From NCBI GenBank assembly GCA_052426225.1, contig JBNJNM010000012.1:1922001-1986000 (forward strand): a DNA stretch of 64,000 bases, written 5' to 3'. Numbering within the stretch: the stretch's first letter is position 1; each line of letters starts with the position of its first letter. The notes under the pieces were generated by a model. It ran no database searches. It was given only the letters and a program-made list of their open reading frames with translations, and was not told where the DNA came from. The position numbers and the translations under genes are program-made. This document shows, piece after piece, positions 17,818 through 31,400 of the stretch. This stretch comes from Zancudomyces culisetae HAW-14-8 (Eukaryota > Fungi > Kickxellomycota).

Positions 17818-20285
17818 GGTTATAGTTTATATGTGTGTGTCCTGTATAATCCTCCTTTAGACGTTAAAAGTACATACCATGCTGGCGTTTAACTGTGAAA
17901 TAAAGACTTTGATCCTAGCTAAGTAGAAGTGAAACCTGTTTATATCTTGTAGTAAATAAATAGCTAAACTTAGACAGAATAATTAAAAAGCAAAAAGCAA
18001 AAATCAGAAAAACACGGAACGCTCGGCTTTAAATCCAGTTAGGTGGTGTATATTTCTTCAGGCAATGAACCACAAATCTTGTTTACCATTAGCTCTTTAT
18101 TGATTATTTATTTACGAAATGCTGAATTTTTTGCACCTAATTATTATCAGTTGTTTTTTTTTTATACATTAAAATCTCTGTAATATCAAATGATTTTGGC
18201 AATTGTTCAAGGTTTTTTTTACCACTTTTTCAAAATCCTGGAAAGCGACATCCAATTAAACCCAACGTGTGTTTTCTTTTATTAAAGCTATTGGCATCAC
18301 CTGTATTATCCTGTTATATATTTTACGGAATAAAAATGAATTTGGCTGTTTTATGATTACTAATTGCTAAGCTTTTTTCCTCTTCCCATAAAATGTTCAG
18401 ATATTTCGATTTATAAATCTTAATTCAGGCAAATACAAAAGCGTTTTGAAATGACCAGACTTTAATTTTAAATTGTTTAAAACTGCATGGCACCAATTGA
18501 GCATTATATATCAGATTGTGTCCCGCTTGCGCCTAAATATCAGTACAATTAAAATGAATGGCATTAATATCCGATGCAGAATACAAATGTGCTAATCAAC
18601 GAGCTATTGGGGAAACAAATATAAGCCGCAAGCCAGCCGGCAATGAACGCGTTTGCCCAGTTCTATCTTACTGTAGCTTAAAAAAACGACCCATATACCT
18701 CTAAGTGTTAAATCTTTTACTTTAAGGTACACATTATGTTATCGATGTTTAATACGGAGTTTTCTGCAACACAACTACTAACGTATATGGGCTATTTACT
18801 ATTAGAACCATAGTAAAGATTGAGTTTTCAAATATACGAATTTGAAATTTATCGATTAAGATGTTTGGAGTTTTATTTCAGCATTTTTATTAACTTGATG
18901 TTTTGATAAGCTCATTTACCAATAAGCAAAAAACAATCCCCTATACAAAAAAAGATGTATTAGCAATTATACATATCATGTATTACCAAGATTAACCACA
19001 AAATCCTAAAAACGTGCTATATTAAATTTATTTGGTACCAAAGTTTAATTTCATAGCTGTGTTAACAAAGAAAGTAGCTGACTTAATTTTAAGCATCGTA
19101 AAGATTCAAAGTATATGTAGATGAACCTGGTTTATTGGCCAATAATCATATTTTTATTTACCAAGATGAAAAACTCGATATATTATTCAAAATAAAAATG
19201 CTAACAGATGCGTATCACTTGGATAAATTTAGTAAAAGATTTGTTGAAATGGAATCAATTCCCTGATAAAACTTCAACTATGCACTGTATCCATAATATT
19301 CAGTGTACTTGCTGGAATATTTACTTATTAGGGGTAATTACCAAAACATATCTTCTATTTTAGCAAAAATCATCCAATTCATATCATGGAGATGTGCTAT
19401 TTAAAATAATCAGGTGATTCCAGTAATGTGGCGGTAGTGCCAAAGATAAATGATTGTTATTAGATACTGGTACTACTGGCGGTGTTTGTGTTTTAGGCGT
19501 TCATAGTTGTTGTTTAGAAACAATTCTGAGTAGTAGCCCTTGAGATAGCGTATATTTTGATTGTTGATTGATTTCCATATTGTAAATTTATCGGAGATGT
19601 AATAAATCCCAAAATGCAATAATACCAATGCAAGACTCAAAATGCATTATACGAATTCAGCACATGCCGTTCTAAAGTATCATGATGACGCCACAACAAC
19701 TTTTGGACGGAAAAAAACATGGTCTTTTAGTAGGTGACGCTTACCCTAAGCATAGAGTAAAAATATTAAAAATAGTAAAAATGGCAAGAACCGGGTCAGA
19801 ATCAGGAAGCCAAAAACAAAAACCCAGGGCATCAAGCAAACCCAGGAGAGCAGGACTGAGTGAAAATGGAATCATACACATTCATACGTCTTTCAGCGAA
19901 CAAAAATCTATTTTCGGGGCTACAAATACAAAAAAAAAAAAAAAGCCTATTATGAAAAGAAGTTACCAAAAAAGTAGTACTAAACGTTTTAAGAAAATGC
20001 AAAAAATACAAAAGTACAGAGTTCTATGAACATAAAATACAGTGCTATTCGATAAAACCGAGTTGAGGTCGTAAGAGTAGAACTGGGGTACGTGGTTGAT
20101 AATAATGAGGATGCGTGTGTGCTGAAGATATTAAAAGCGAAAACACACACGTGAGATTAGTCACACAAGTGGTAAACAGTAAAGAACTCGGTAGTTGTAA
20201 GATTATCGCATTCAGAGCGTAGAAACATGATCAGGATGGCATCTTTTTTTAATAATAGGCAATAGTGTGCATACACTATGCACCA

Positions 20286-21470
20286 CTATGAAGTCACGGT
20301 CTGTGAAAGTGGAAGTACAGAAGGGTGTGCAAAGCTACGCATAGCGCCTGCTGAAAAACCACTGCTTTTCGTATATCCGGATCGTTTCATAAATAAGCTT
20401 TCAAAGAAAAGCTCGGCGCTGCCCCGGACAGGAGCAACGAATGCCTTATTCTGCTCAGGCTGCAAATTATCAAATCTCTGAGGTGAAAATTGTGCGCCAA
20501 GGTGCTTTGAAGAGGGCGCAGGCAGGGAACTTGCTTCTGGAGAAGAGTTACTGAAAATAGGACCTGCATAGTGTCTATCATATGGAGGTCTGGCAGCTGA
20601 GAGCTGACTGCCATTTGGAATAAATTCAGGAGCTGCATCATATTTGAGCTGTGGAACCCTGCTCTTAATGGCATCTGGGGAGCCAACGCTATGCTTTATG
20701 GCATCAGGGACTGCAGCTATTGGAGATGCCACTGCAGATGGACGTCGCTGTTCCATATTACTTACATCAGATTTTTCCGAAGGTTTCATTTTTCCAACCT
20801 TCTCAGGAGTATTTCTACCTGGAACCCTGGATCTTTTGTGAGCCAAAGCAGATCCTTGTTCTTTGGTGTCTATTTGAGATCCCTCCTTTCGCTCGCTCCT
20901 TGGTGACCCCCTTTGTGCTTCATGATTCTTACCATCTTGAGGCTTAAACGATTTCAAAAGCTTCTCCTTGCGCGCGTTGGTATCACTTCTCTTCAGTATT
21001 GTAACCTGAACTTCGTTCTGGTAGTCCCCAAAAGTTCGTTCCTTCAGTTTTAAATCTCTTCTGTTTCCTCTTCGGGCCTTTCGATCTTTTCCAGCAATAT
21101 TTCTAATCCTGTTAACATCGGTGCCCCTATACGGTCCGTTCTTTCCCTCCAAGTTCTCGATAACCTCTATGTCTCCCCTGCCATCACCTACTCGCGATCT
21201 AACTTTCTCGTCAAACGTCACAGACTTCTTTTCCACCTTCTCTCTGATCTCAAGAATGGCCTCATCACTCTCGCAGCCAGATCCGGATCTTGTCTTTCCC
21301 TCCCTCTTATACTTTCCCTTGCCTTTACTCCCCTTATACTCCTTCTTATTCGCTGGCCTTGGTCGCTCAACATTATCTCTCCCTGAGCCTAGTATAACCT
21401 GGCCTCCAAAAACCTTGTTCTTGGCATCTAAAGCTCTACCTACTCCTGACAACACCATATTCGCACTCAT
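20286..21470 (-). CDS. Disordered basic protein with PNRC/Edc1-type decapping-activator motif
   Basis: YAGPIFSNSSPEASSLPAP matches the YAGxxF...SP...LPxP motif of Edc1/Edc2/PNRC. Confidence 0.65.
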   Translation of the reverse strand: MSANMVLSGVGRALDAKNKVFGGQVILGSGRDNVERPRPANKKEYKGSKGKGKYKREGKTRSGSGCESDEAILEIREKVEKKSVTFDEKVRSRVGDGRGDIEVIENLEGKNGPYRGTDVNRIRNIAGKDRKARRGNRRDLKLKERTFGDYQNEVQVTILKRSDTNARKEKLLKSFKPQDGKNHEAQRGSPRSERKEGSQIDTKEQGSALAHKRSRVPGRNTPEKVGKMKPSEKSDVSNMEQRRPSAVASPIAAVPDAIKHSVGSPDAIKSRVPQLKYDAAPEFIPNGSQLSAARPPYDRHYAGPIFSNSSPEASSLPAPSSKHLGAQFSPQRFDNLQPEQNKAFVAPVRGSAELFFESLFMKRSGYTKSSGFSAGAMRSFAHPSVLPLSQTVTS

Positions 21471-24400
21471 CTTGATGCCGACTACAATTATCGTTTAAAC
21501 AAAAATAAAGTTGAAAATTCCTATTAGCGTTTCCGCTTAATGCGTTGATTATTGTTTTTTTGTTTTATCTTTATCTTTTTTATTTTACAGAGAAATTCAT
21601 AAAAAAAGAAAAATTAAATGGTTTTATACTATTTTTGGTTTTTTAAACATGTTCTTTAATTACCCTAAGGGTATTGGCTAACACTATCTTAAATTAGCCT
21701 ATTGTGCATTGTTTCTCAAACCACGAATGACTTTCTAGTAAAAAATCTTGCATTGTTACTTGGGCAGTATTTGCTTCCATTTATTTTCTAAAATCTAGTA
21801 CATTATTTGCTGCATTTTACTAATTAATATTTTATTTTCTGATATTCTCATTCGCTTGTACATAATTGCTGCAGTGTTTTTTAATAAATGATATATCACT
21901 ACGATTATCCTACCCAATAATAGCGTTGAAGTTTAATAAAATCTGTGTTTATCATGTAAATGGTTATATTTTTAAAGGCTGAAATGTAGCACATTACGTA
22001 TACTTTTGAATTCTTAACTGCCATTGTTGGAGTCTCTATTGGATAGAATAAGCAAATAGATATAAATCCCGTATATAACGTAATGCTTTCCACAAGTCAA
22101 TGGGGGGGTTTTTTTCTGCCATCGTTTTTTTTGAGATAATTTCCGAAAATAAATTATGTTTGTGATTGTCTCGACTTTTTAATGTGGAAGGGGGACACAA
22201 GTGTTTGTTACCAACTAAATTGAATTGTTTCTAAATTTTCATGAGGATGGGTAGGTAGGAGGGGTGCTTAAAAGACATGGGGGAAAAAATGTGACTTTAG
22301 TAATAAAACCGGACATTAAAGCAAAGGAATTGTTGGTTTTTAATTGAAATTACCCCTACAAAACTTGTTCTGGCCCTTCCTCCTTCCTCCTCCCCCTCCC
22401 CAGTTTTTTTCCACGCATTTGGCCTATGAGCTTCTCAGAGATAATAGGAATTAAAGAGGCTGGATCACACGATACGTTTTTTCCATTCTTGCTTTCCATA
22501 ATCACATGTAAATAGTTTCTCCTCTTTTTCATTCCCACTCTGCCCTACCTCTCGGCTAAAAACGATTGGAGAATAATTTCCAATCACAGTGAATTTTTTG
22601 TGCCCTCATTGGTTATGAAACCCTGAAATGAGCCTACCAGTTACTCGGCAAAGCTGCGCACATCAAAATCCAAAAATGAAATGCAGTTTACGCAGATCTC
22701 TTTTCCTCTTTATTGAGAAGGCTAGAGTCACTCAACCAATAATGTTTCAAAGTAGGTCCTTCAATCTCACCGCATTGGCGGTATTTTTTGGGGGAATTGA
22801 AATAAAGGGACGAAAGCTATACAAAATAAACTTGGCCAAGCCGGTTATTATCAACTTTTATTGGGTAACTTCATAATCCAGAACCTACATGATGCAATGG
22901 TTACAATGAGAGGAGAGTTTGTAGTATGTGAACATATTTGGGTTTGAGTTGGGTTTGGGTTTAGCAGAATAAGAATCATGCTGCGCCAACAAAAGTACAT
23001 CTATACGTGAATCTGCTCTCATTCAAGCCATTTAACTAAAAGATAATAAAAAAAGGGGGGTTGGGAATAGAGCAGAAAGAATGGATATCATGCAATATTC
23101 AGGTTTAGTTAGTAGGATTTACTTGAAACCATTATATCTATAGAGCAGAAGTTGATGCCATTAATTCTGTACTCAAATCCGTACACTCTTATTTTTTTTA
23201 GGAGAAACAGTTGGTGCTAACTGGGTTTGTGAGTCAAAACTGCAGAATATAACAAATAATGACGTGATATTAAGTTACCAGTTGCAATGCTCCCAAACTG
23301 CAAAAAATCTGCCTATTCTATTCTTGTCATTTGCTGTTTAGCTTTAGATGAATAATGTATAAAAAAATGTACATGTGATAGGTAAGATCTTAGAAGGCTA
23401 GTGTAGTATCACAACAGCCCTAATGGTTATTAGCATACCCGTATTTTTATCAACGTATGAATCACCAAAGCTCAACGGAGCATATAGTAATGCACAAGAT
23501 GAACTGGGTATAATGTGGTATGAAATAAATAAAACTAGCAGTATTTTATTTGTGATACCCCTCCCCCCCCATTTCATTATGTACTTAATTAATTAGATAC
23601 AGTAATGTCCATACCATATGTATTTCAATTTATCTTTTGACACATTTGATACTATTCTCATTTTTACGAGTTTTTTTTCCTTGTGTAGAAAGAAAGACAT
23701 AAAATTACTTTTATTGATAATATCATTTACTTTTTCGGAATGCAAAATAATATTTACAATAGTAGCAAGTAGTGTGCTGTTTACTACAAACAGTTGACTC
23801 AACTAATAAAGCCATAATACATCACATTTCCGTTATTATTATAAATATAGACGAGTTGTCTTGAACGAGTAAAAATAAACGTTTACCCTGTATCCATCAC
23901 ATGACTCACCAACTGTTTATACGACAACTGTCTAATTTCGTATGGTTTGTTAACCCTCCTCGTGATTTTCAGTTTTGTTTTTGTTTTGAGCCGTTTATGC
24001 CAACACTGTGGTAACAATCAGAGTAATATACTGTGAATCATTGACCACGGGGTTTCAAAATAAAAAACATGGCAAAGTCAGTTGACTAACATCATTTGTT
24101 CAACACAGTACCTCCTAAATATCAATTAACGGATAATGAGGAAAAGAACATGGAGGGGGTGAATAGGAAAGGGAAGAAAACTTTTGCTATGAGATTTTTA
24201 TCAAACCTGTACATTTTGATTAACAAGGGAAAGGGGTGCTCATTTTAAAATCATGCAATAATAACCGAATGGGTTGTTGGATATATTATTTACATGAGAA
24301 TAACTAGATACCCACACCAGATTTACCCAAAATCTTTACAATTGTGATGATACTTTTGTCATATATTTATTTTTAATTTAATTTAATTTTCATAACTTGA

Positions 24401-25463
24401 CCACCAAGTGCTCAATGCTAAAATAAATATAAACTGTTCATAGAAATCAACAGCTAAAATTAACTGAAAAGCGTTGATATAGATGTTGGTATTGGTATTG
24501 GTATTGGTATTTTAATTAGCGAAATATGCCAGCATTCTATCAATCTAGCACAAATATAAATATCCAAATAGACATTCTCATATTTTTGAACACTGCAACG
24601 CTTATTTAGCATAAAACCCTAGCTAGAATAGTCACAATTTTTGTACTGAAAGTGTCTTAATCAAGAAGATATGTTTTTACTAAAACTCAGAATATAATAG
24701 AGTCATTTGTACTGGCTATATTTTTTTTTCAACTATGAAATGAAATATGTTCAATATCTCGATTTAAAGAATAAAATAAAATAAAAATAAACTATAAAGT
24801 TGGGAAACACCGATTGGCAATCTGCTACCATGCATAGTACACTACTTTAAACATCAAACATATTCTCTACTGTTCACATTTCAGTAGGGTTCTTGCTAAT
24901 GATAATTATATGGACCTAATAATTTTAAAACAAAAATGCATCAATCTTTGCAAAGATCAATCTCCCTCCATCCCTTTTTTCCTGTTTTGCTGCGGATAAT
25001 TTTTATGGTAAAAAAACCAGATCATCTCTTGTGTTATTTTTTTGGACGTTGTATTAGTGGGTAAATATTTAGGAAAAAAAAAATTAGCGAACAGACTAAA
25101 TGTTTGGACAAGAGAGAGATGAAGAGGGAGGAGAGAGTTGAGAGGAGGATGAGAGAGGAGAAAAGTCCATAGTTTACAAAATTAAAAAAAAATAAAATCG
25201 GCGATTACCTAAATGGCATTTTGTTTTTTGTTTTTTGTTTTTTTTCTTCCAAGTTGGCAAAGCGCATCGAAAATTATACAAACATATAGAAACGGCTATT
25301 AGCTTTACCAACATAATTACATGTTGCTTGTAATGTTAGAACCAACAGCTAAAATTCTCTACACATTTAGACAGATATATACTTGTAAAATCTAATATAC
25401 ATACTAGTAAAACCATACATATATAAATTTAATAAAGAACAAAGAAAATTAATAAATAAAAAA

Positions 25464-27052
25464 ATGAAATTCAAGGCTCAATTACAGCATAATAACATTC
25501 TCATGAGTAAGTTTACCAGAACTGGTTTCAAATACAACTATACTGTTATGGATTATATGAAACAAGAGGAGGACGAGGTAAAATACTGAGCCGGACACAT
25601 ATTATGAAAAGAAAAGTTGAACCATGAAACGGAAATAAAATTCTAAATTATAGGAGTGCTGCAAAGCTTGGAAAAGTTGGGAAAATTGGCAGTAATGACC
25701 TTGGCTCAAGATCATATTAAATTTATATTTTTGGGGGAATCGGATGGTGGATTCCAGCTGTTTGCGTAAGTCACAGTTTATAGTGAATTTTCAATCCCAG
25801 TAACACAGGCAGATCAAAAAATAATGAGTAAAGTGTTTGGACTAACCTTAAATGATTTCTATATAATATAGACCGATATATATTGTAAGAAACAACATGT
25901 AATAGATGCTGTTTACTAAAAAAAAATTGCTTTTGCTTTTTGATAATTCAAAAGATAAAAAAAAGCGACGAAATTTAACCAAAGGAAGGGAAAAACTAAA
26001 TATAATAGGAATCAGTATTCATGGATGTAACAGTAAGCAGTGCCAATGAGGATATAATACATTTGGAATTTAGTATCGAGAGCTTGCTAAGGGCGATTAG
26101 ATCGACTGTCGGTAGCGAAAGTGTACAAATTCGGTTGATAAAGAAACATTGTGGAAATATTGGGGGGAATGGAGGCGGTAGTGGTGCAAATGGAGGTGGT
26201 GGAGGAGTGCCTGTATTAACATTTGTAATATCCAACTATACGCGAAATGGAAGGCCGTTACTGATAACGCAAGATGTTCCAGTGCGAATATTGACACCGT
26301 TGCAGATGAAGTACGTAAAGGAACCAAGCTTGCCGACAGCGCAGGTGTGTATTATGATGCCGAATATCAATGTGATACGGTCGGTGGCAGAGAAAATGAA
26401 GAGGTTAAATAACAAAGGATATGTGGTGGAGATCAGTGCCAACAATGGCGGATGTTTTGTGCTAAAGAGCGTCTCGGAAGTTGTGGAAATTGAAACGTTT
26501 TTCAGAGGACTAGAGAATCCTAAATTGCGTAAGTAGATCTTTATTATTATTATTAATTTCACTTTTTTCCCTCCACCCTTGTCCTCTCCCTCCCTCTTTG
26601 TTTACTGATGAATTGGGTGTTTTAATATTTTCATACTTTGTGTATTAATTTCAATGTAAATACGTAAAAACCATTCGTAATAATTCTCCCTTAAACTCTC
26701 CCCCCCCCCCCTTTACTTTCTAAATCTCGTGAATTTGAAAATCTGAGTTTAACAAATATTGAAAAAAAACAAATTATTTTTTCTTTTTGTAGCGGAACGT
26801 GATGAATTCGAGTCCGAAACCGAATATTCAGAGCACCTGACCCGGCATTTTAGTTGCAAAATCAGCATGAAGAACTTTATAAAATTTCTATATTCCCACT
26901 ACACGATTCCTACACGGATAGTCTGTGTAATTATTGAAAACCACGCTGTGATTTTCACTGTGTATATAGGAACTACCAGCATTGGGTCGCATTTTGAGGA
27001 TGGTAGTAATGCCTGTGGTGCTCTTACATATTACATTCCTGGTTACAAATAA
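25464..27052 (+). CDS. HUS1: Checkpoint clamp (9-1-1) subunit Hus1, 5 exons: 25464-25506, 25654-25765, 25872-25884, 26009-26528, 26793-27052
   Basis: MKFKAQL start, ITQDVPVRIL, EPSLPTAQVCIMMP, FRGLENP, LTYYIP end. GT-AG introns restore the frame. Confidence 0.88.
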
Positions 27053-27537
27053 ATGAATGTGGGAGGTTTTATTTTAATTAATTAATATATTTTTTTTGAA
27101 CCTTTATTTATTTACTTTGTTAATCTAGTTTTGGCATTTGGACAAAGATGAGTTTGAATGTTTTATGTATTAAATCATGGAGTTGGTGGATGAGTGAGTA
27201 TCTTGTAGTTGAGATAGACAAAGATCGAGAATACTCTTTCTGTGTGGATAGATAAATTATCAAAAAAAGCTTTCCTTTCCTTTTTTGTTCTTGTTCTATT
27301 GATAAAATAGTTGATTTTTAAAAAGTACTGTAATTGAAAAGATGTAAATAAAACTAAACAAAGTCTTTGTAACCATCTCAAAAATTATAATTCAGAAAAT
27401 TTATAAATATAAAGTGGTTTTAAACAAAAGAAAATAATAAAAAATAAATAAAATATAAAGGAAAAATACTAGTATAAAATAAAAAAAAGAAAACAAATGA
27501 AGAGAGTGAGGAAGAGGAGAAGGGGGAAAAGGGTTGG

Positions 27538-28436
27538 CTAATTAAACAGTGACTTCAGTTCAAGAATTTTGTAAATAGGGAAGGGTAATAGACACATACG
27601 AAAAGATTCAGAGCCAAAGCTGCCAATAATGTCTTCAGAAGTAATCCAATCACCAGTAATTTCGGCGTGGTTGCCATAGTTGTGGCGATGGAAATTGTTA
27701 TTAGTGTTGGCGTTGAATCGACCAATGTTAATATTGTCATTGTGGTCAAGCATCGATTGCGACATTAGTAGCCAGGTATAGCTAATGAATGAGTGAAAAT
27801 TAGAGAGAATATATTCAAGATACAGAGCATTATTATCATCTTGAGGTCCGCGGCTGGGTACTTGGTTTTTTAGCAGAGGATTGGTGAGGTGGTGGTATAT
27901 CAGCTCCACGTTCAGAATAAGTTGGTGATTGTAAACCAAATAACCAGAATTTATCGATGAAATTAATTTATAGTACATGGTGTCAGTTCCAATAGACAGA
28001 GTCTCAGAAACGTTATATAGCAAGTCCTTGCGGTTCGTTGTAGCTCTCAAGGAACTGTTGCTGGTTTCTTTTGAAGAGGTGGGCAAAATAATCGGAGCTG
28101 ATTGGTTTAATACTACCGAACAGATGCCATCATCATCACCAAATGGCAAGATGGAGGTGGACAAAGGATTCATTCTGTGTGGCGGCAGTGAACACAAGTC
28201 AAAGTTGTCAATTCCAATTTTGGTGATAAAAAGGCGAAGATCTACAGCTACGTTCTTTGTAGATATTGGTCTTGATTGTTTGGATTTTTGCGATACTGCT
28301 GACGAAGATAAGGATGATAAAGATGATGAGGATGAGGATGATGATGGCGTGTTCAAATACGTTAATATCTGATTAAATACACTAGTAAAATCATTCATAA
28401 CAGCTAGATTGAAGATTGGATTGCCATTTTTACAGA

Positions 28437-28467
<31 letters not shown>

Positions 28468-31400
28468 ATCCTTGAGAGAATTGCTGACCATAAAATCAAT
28501 TACAATGTCAAGATTATACGGATTATTAGATGCGGAATTCAGCAACATATACTCTATACAAATATTAAACAATTCTAATATTGTTGCTGTTGGTATCGTA
28601 ACAAACGAAGTACATGCACCGTGAGTGCTATTTTGATTAATGTTATCCTTTGGGCAAGATGAAGTGGGGATAGTCGTGGAATTTAATAGAGGAATCGAGA
28701 ATACTTTTAGTTTCTGAAAACTCAGCGAATAATCACAGATACTAGCAAGTAAAAAACCACCGTGTTTGCTACCACCATCATTTCCAGAAACTTTGGATGC
28801 TGGTAAGTAATCAAGGATTAAGTGGATGGTCGGGTAGTACTCGCTTATCATACAAGGAGAAGAACGCCTGGCCTGATCCAAAAGAACATCCAGTGATGGT
28901 TTGATAATCTCCAGCAAATCAGCAGGCAAGTCAACCAAACACGGAGGAGGGTTAGGGTTAAGGTTAGAGTTAGAGTTAGAGTTAGAGTTAGAGTTAGAGT
29001 TAGAGTTAGAGTTAGAGTTAGAGTTAGAGTTAGGGTTACTGTCAGAGTTAGCAAAGGATCCGTCAGGCAAAGAACGGGATAGCCCCAAAGCACTCGCAAA
29101 GTTGACATGAAGATTTGAAATATGGTAAGGATTTGGAATGGCGAAGACGGGTTTTTTCCATTGCATTTTGGAAGAGGCAAACAAAGAAGGAGGAATGTAA
29201 ATGGGAGTATCTGGATCGATGTCTTGCTCATTCAAATACTTTTCGGTATATTTGGCTAGCGCATACTTGTTTCCTATTGTTTTGCATGGTAGATTGTTGT
29301 AGATATTATAGCAGTCCAATACCAATGTTTCGGAGATTTGGATGTCTCTATAATTGTGCAAAACCAAAAGATTCAGAATTGGTGGGGGGTCTACTCCATT
29401 TAGCGAATCCATGTCAAACAAAGAATTGGAATAAATTCTGCATTGCTTCTCGTAGCTCTGTTTAATCCAATAGGTATATTTAAGATACAACATGTTTAAA
29501 TTGATTCTGTCGGTTGTCAGCTTGGCCAGGTCATTATTTTGCTGAATAAACACGACCAAGTTGGTGTTGCTGATGTTTGCAGTTTCTGTAGTATACAAAT
29601 AGCTAGTAGCAAGTTTACACAAGTGAAGGTTTGGATATAACTCGAAAGATCCAATGGTACTATTTGTGCTTGTGTTTGTGTTTGTAGTATAATCAGAACA
29701 GTTCAAGTATAAAGAAGTCGCAACATCGGCCAAAAACCTTCCAACAAGATTTGCAAAGAATTCAAGGTCTTGTATTGAAGTTATTTCGGCATTATATCTA
29801 AGCAGTCCATCACCTGTCCTGCAAGTATTGACAGTAGTAGTAGTAGTGGCTGTTTCTAGTTCGTGTTTGTTACAGCTTAGACATTTACGCGAGCTATAGA
29901 CATCAAAGACTTGTTCAGAAATACAAAGCGGAGCGAATTCACCAAATTTAAGTACTTTTGAATACACACGACTTAGATCCTGTATTTCAAGCCTACTAGG
30001 ACTGGTGTTATCCCCAAAAGCGGTTGCAAACTGTAGGTATCTAATATCCTTTCTGCCTCCTAAAGGCGCAAATTTCAGCTCGTTCCAGAAATTGAGGTTT
30101 TGATAGTCAGTGTTTAAAATCTGGCGATCAAAATCACCAAAGATATGTTTGATGTCTTGGAGAGTAAGAGGCTTCCCAAGTCCGCCATAGAATTCCTTTT
30201 TTGTCAACGCTAACAGCTGCGGATTGTTACTAATAACATTGTTGCTATTTATAGTGGTATTGATGTTGGAGTTAAAGTTGGTGTTTGGTGTTTGTTGAGC
30301 CGTACTTTGAACAGGAGTCTGGATTGATACAGGAGTTGGCATAGGCGTTGGAATTGGTAACGTGCCTGCTGCTCTGAATTTTTCAAAGCTGGCCTTGATG
30401 CGTGCAATTTCATCTCGTCGCCTAGTATCTTTACTACTTTCTTCAACTTCCTCACCCTCTTCAACCATATCGGCGGCTGAATTGGAGCCTGTATCTGAAT
30501 CCATTTGATAGGCAGCCACATTATACTCTTTGTCATTGATGCTACAACTTGCTCTGTGTTGAAGAAAACTACATTGGCACTTTGCATTTCCATTGGTTAT
30601 CATTTCAAGCATATTTCCAATGTAGTAGTATTCATGACTCTTTAGCGCATCCTCATACTTCTCTATTGCTCGCCTATTCAGATATTCTGCATTAACAACC
30701 TCATCGTAACACTCATCCTTGACTTCATTTCGGTTTCGTTTATACGATTTTATTAAAATTTGGCCTTCCTTAAGTCTTCTAACCATCACTGAATGCCGCT
30801 GCACCTCTCCATCACCTTGGCTTTTCACCTCGTTTTCACTTCCCATCGACTCTGCGTCCTCGCTTGTGTCTTTCTCTACACTCTCTGCATTACCGAATAC
30901 ACCCGCCAGACAGTCACACACCTTGGCTAGCTGGCTGTTAAGTCCATCGACCGTTCTGGGTTGCGGCTTTGTTATTACAACACTTTGTTCATTTACTGTG
31001 ACGTTGGTATTGCTATTACCGTAATTATATGTTCTAGCAGAAGAGTACTGCGGTGGTTTTGATGTAAGTTTCCTTAGCAGTCTAAACTCTACATAGTCTG
31101 CTGCTATACTGACTAGGGCCTCACTATCATTTTCATCATTCCAATTCCAACTCTGATTCTGGTTCTGATTCTTATTAATATCAACATCATCAGTATCTTT
31201 AGTACTAACCACAACTTTATCGGTTATAGTCTCCATCAAGGGTTCGGTGATTGTAGTGATTTGTGGTTCAGATATGACTTGTTCTATTTTGATTTCAACG
31301 AGTGGAGTTTTTTGTTGCTCTTGCTCTTGCTCTTGCTCTTGCTCTTGTTCTTGTTCTTGTTCAAATTGAAAGTATTCATTGACTATCGTATCCATTACCA

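Noticed and set aside
19682-20029. 115-aa ORF
   Set aside because: Low-complexity, poly-A-derived lysines and no recognisable domain; it lies downstream of the convergent gene. Unsupported.
23395-23412. U2 snRNA branch-pairing motif GTGTAGTATC
   Set aside because: Flanking U2 stem I and stem IIa sequences are absent; a chance 10-mer.
28950-29040. Interstitial telomeric repeat (TTAGGG/TTAGAG)
   Set aside because: It lies within the MED13 ORF and encodes NS/NP dipeptides; it is a coding microsatellite.
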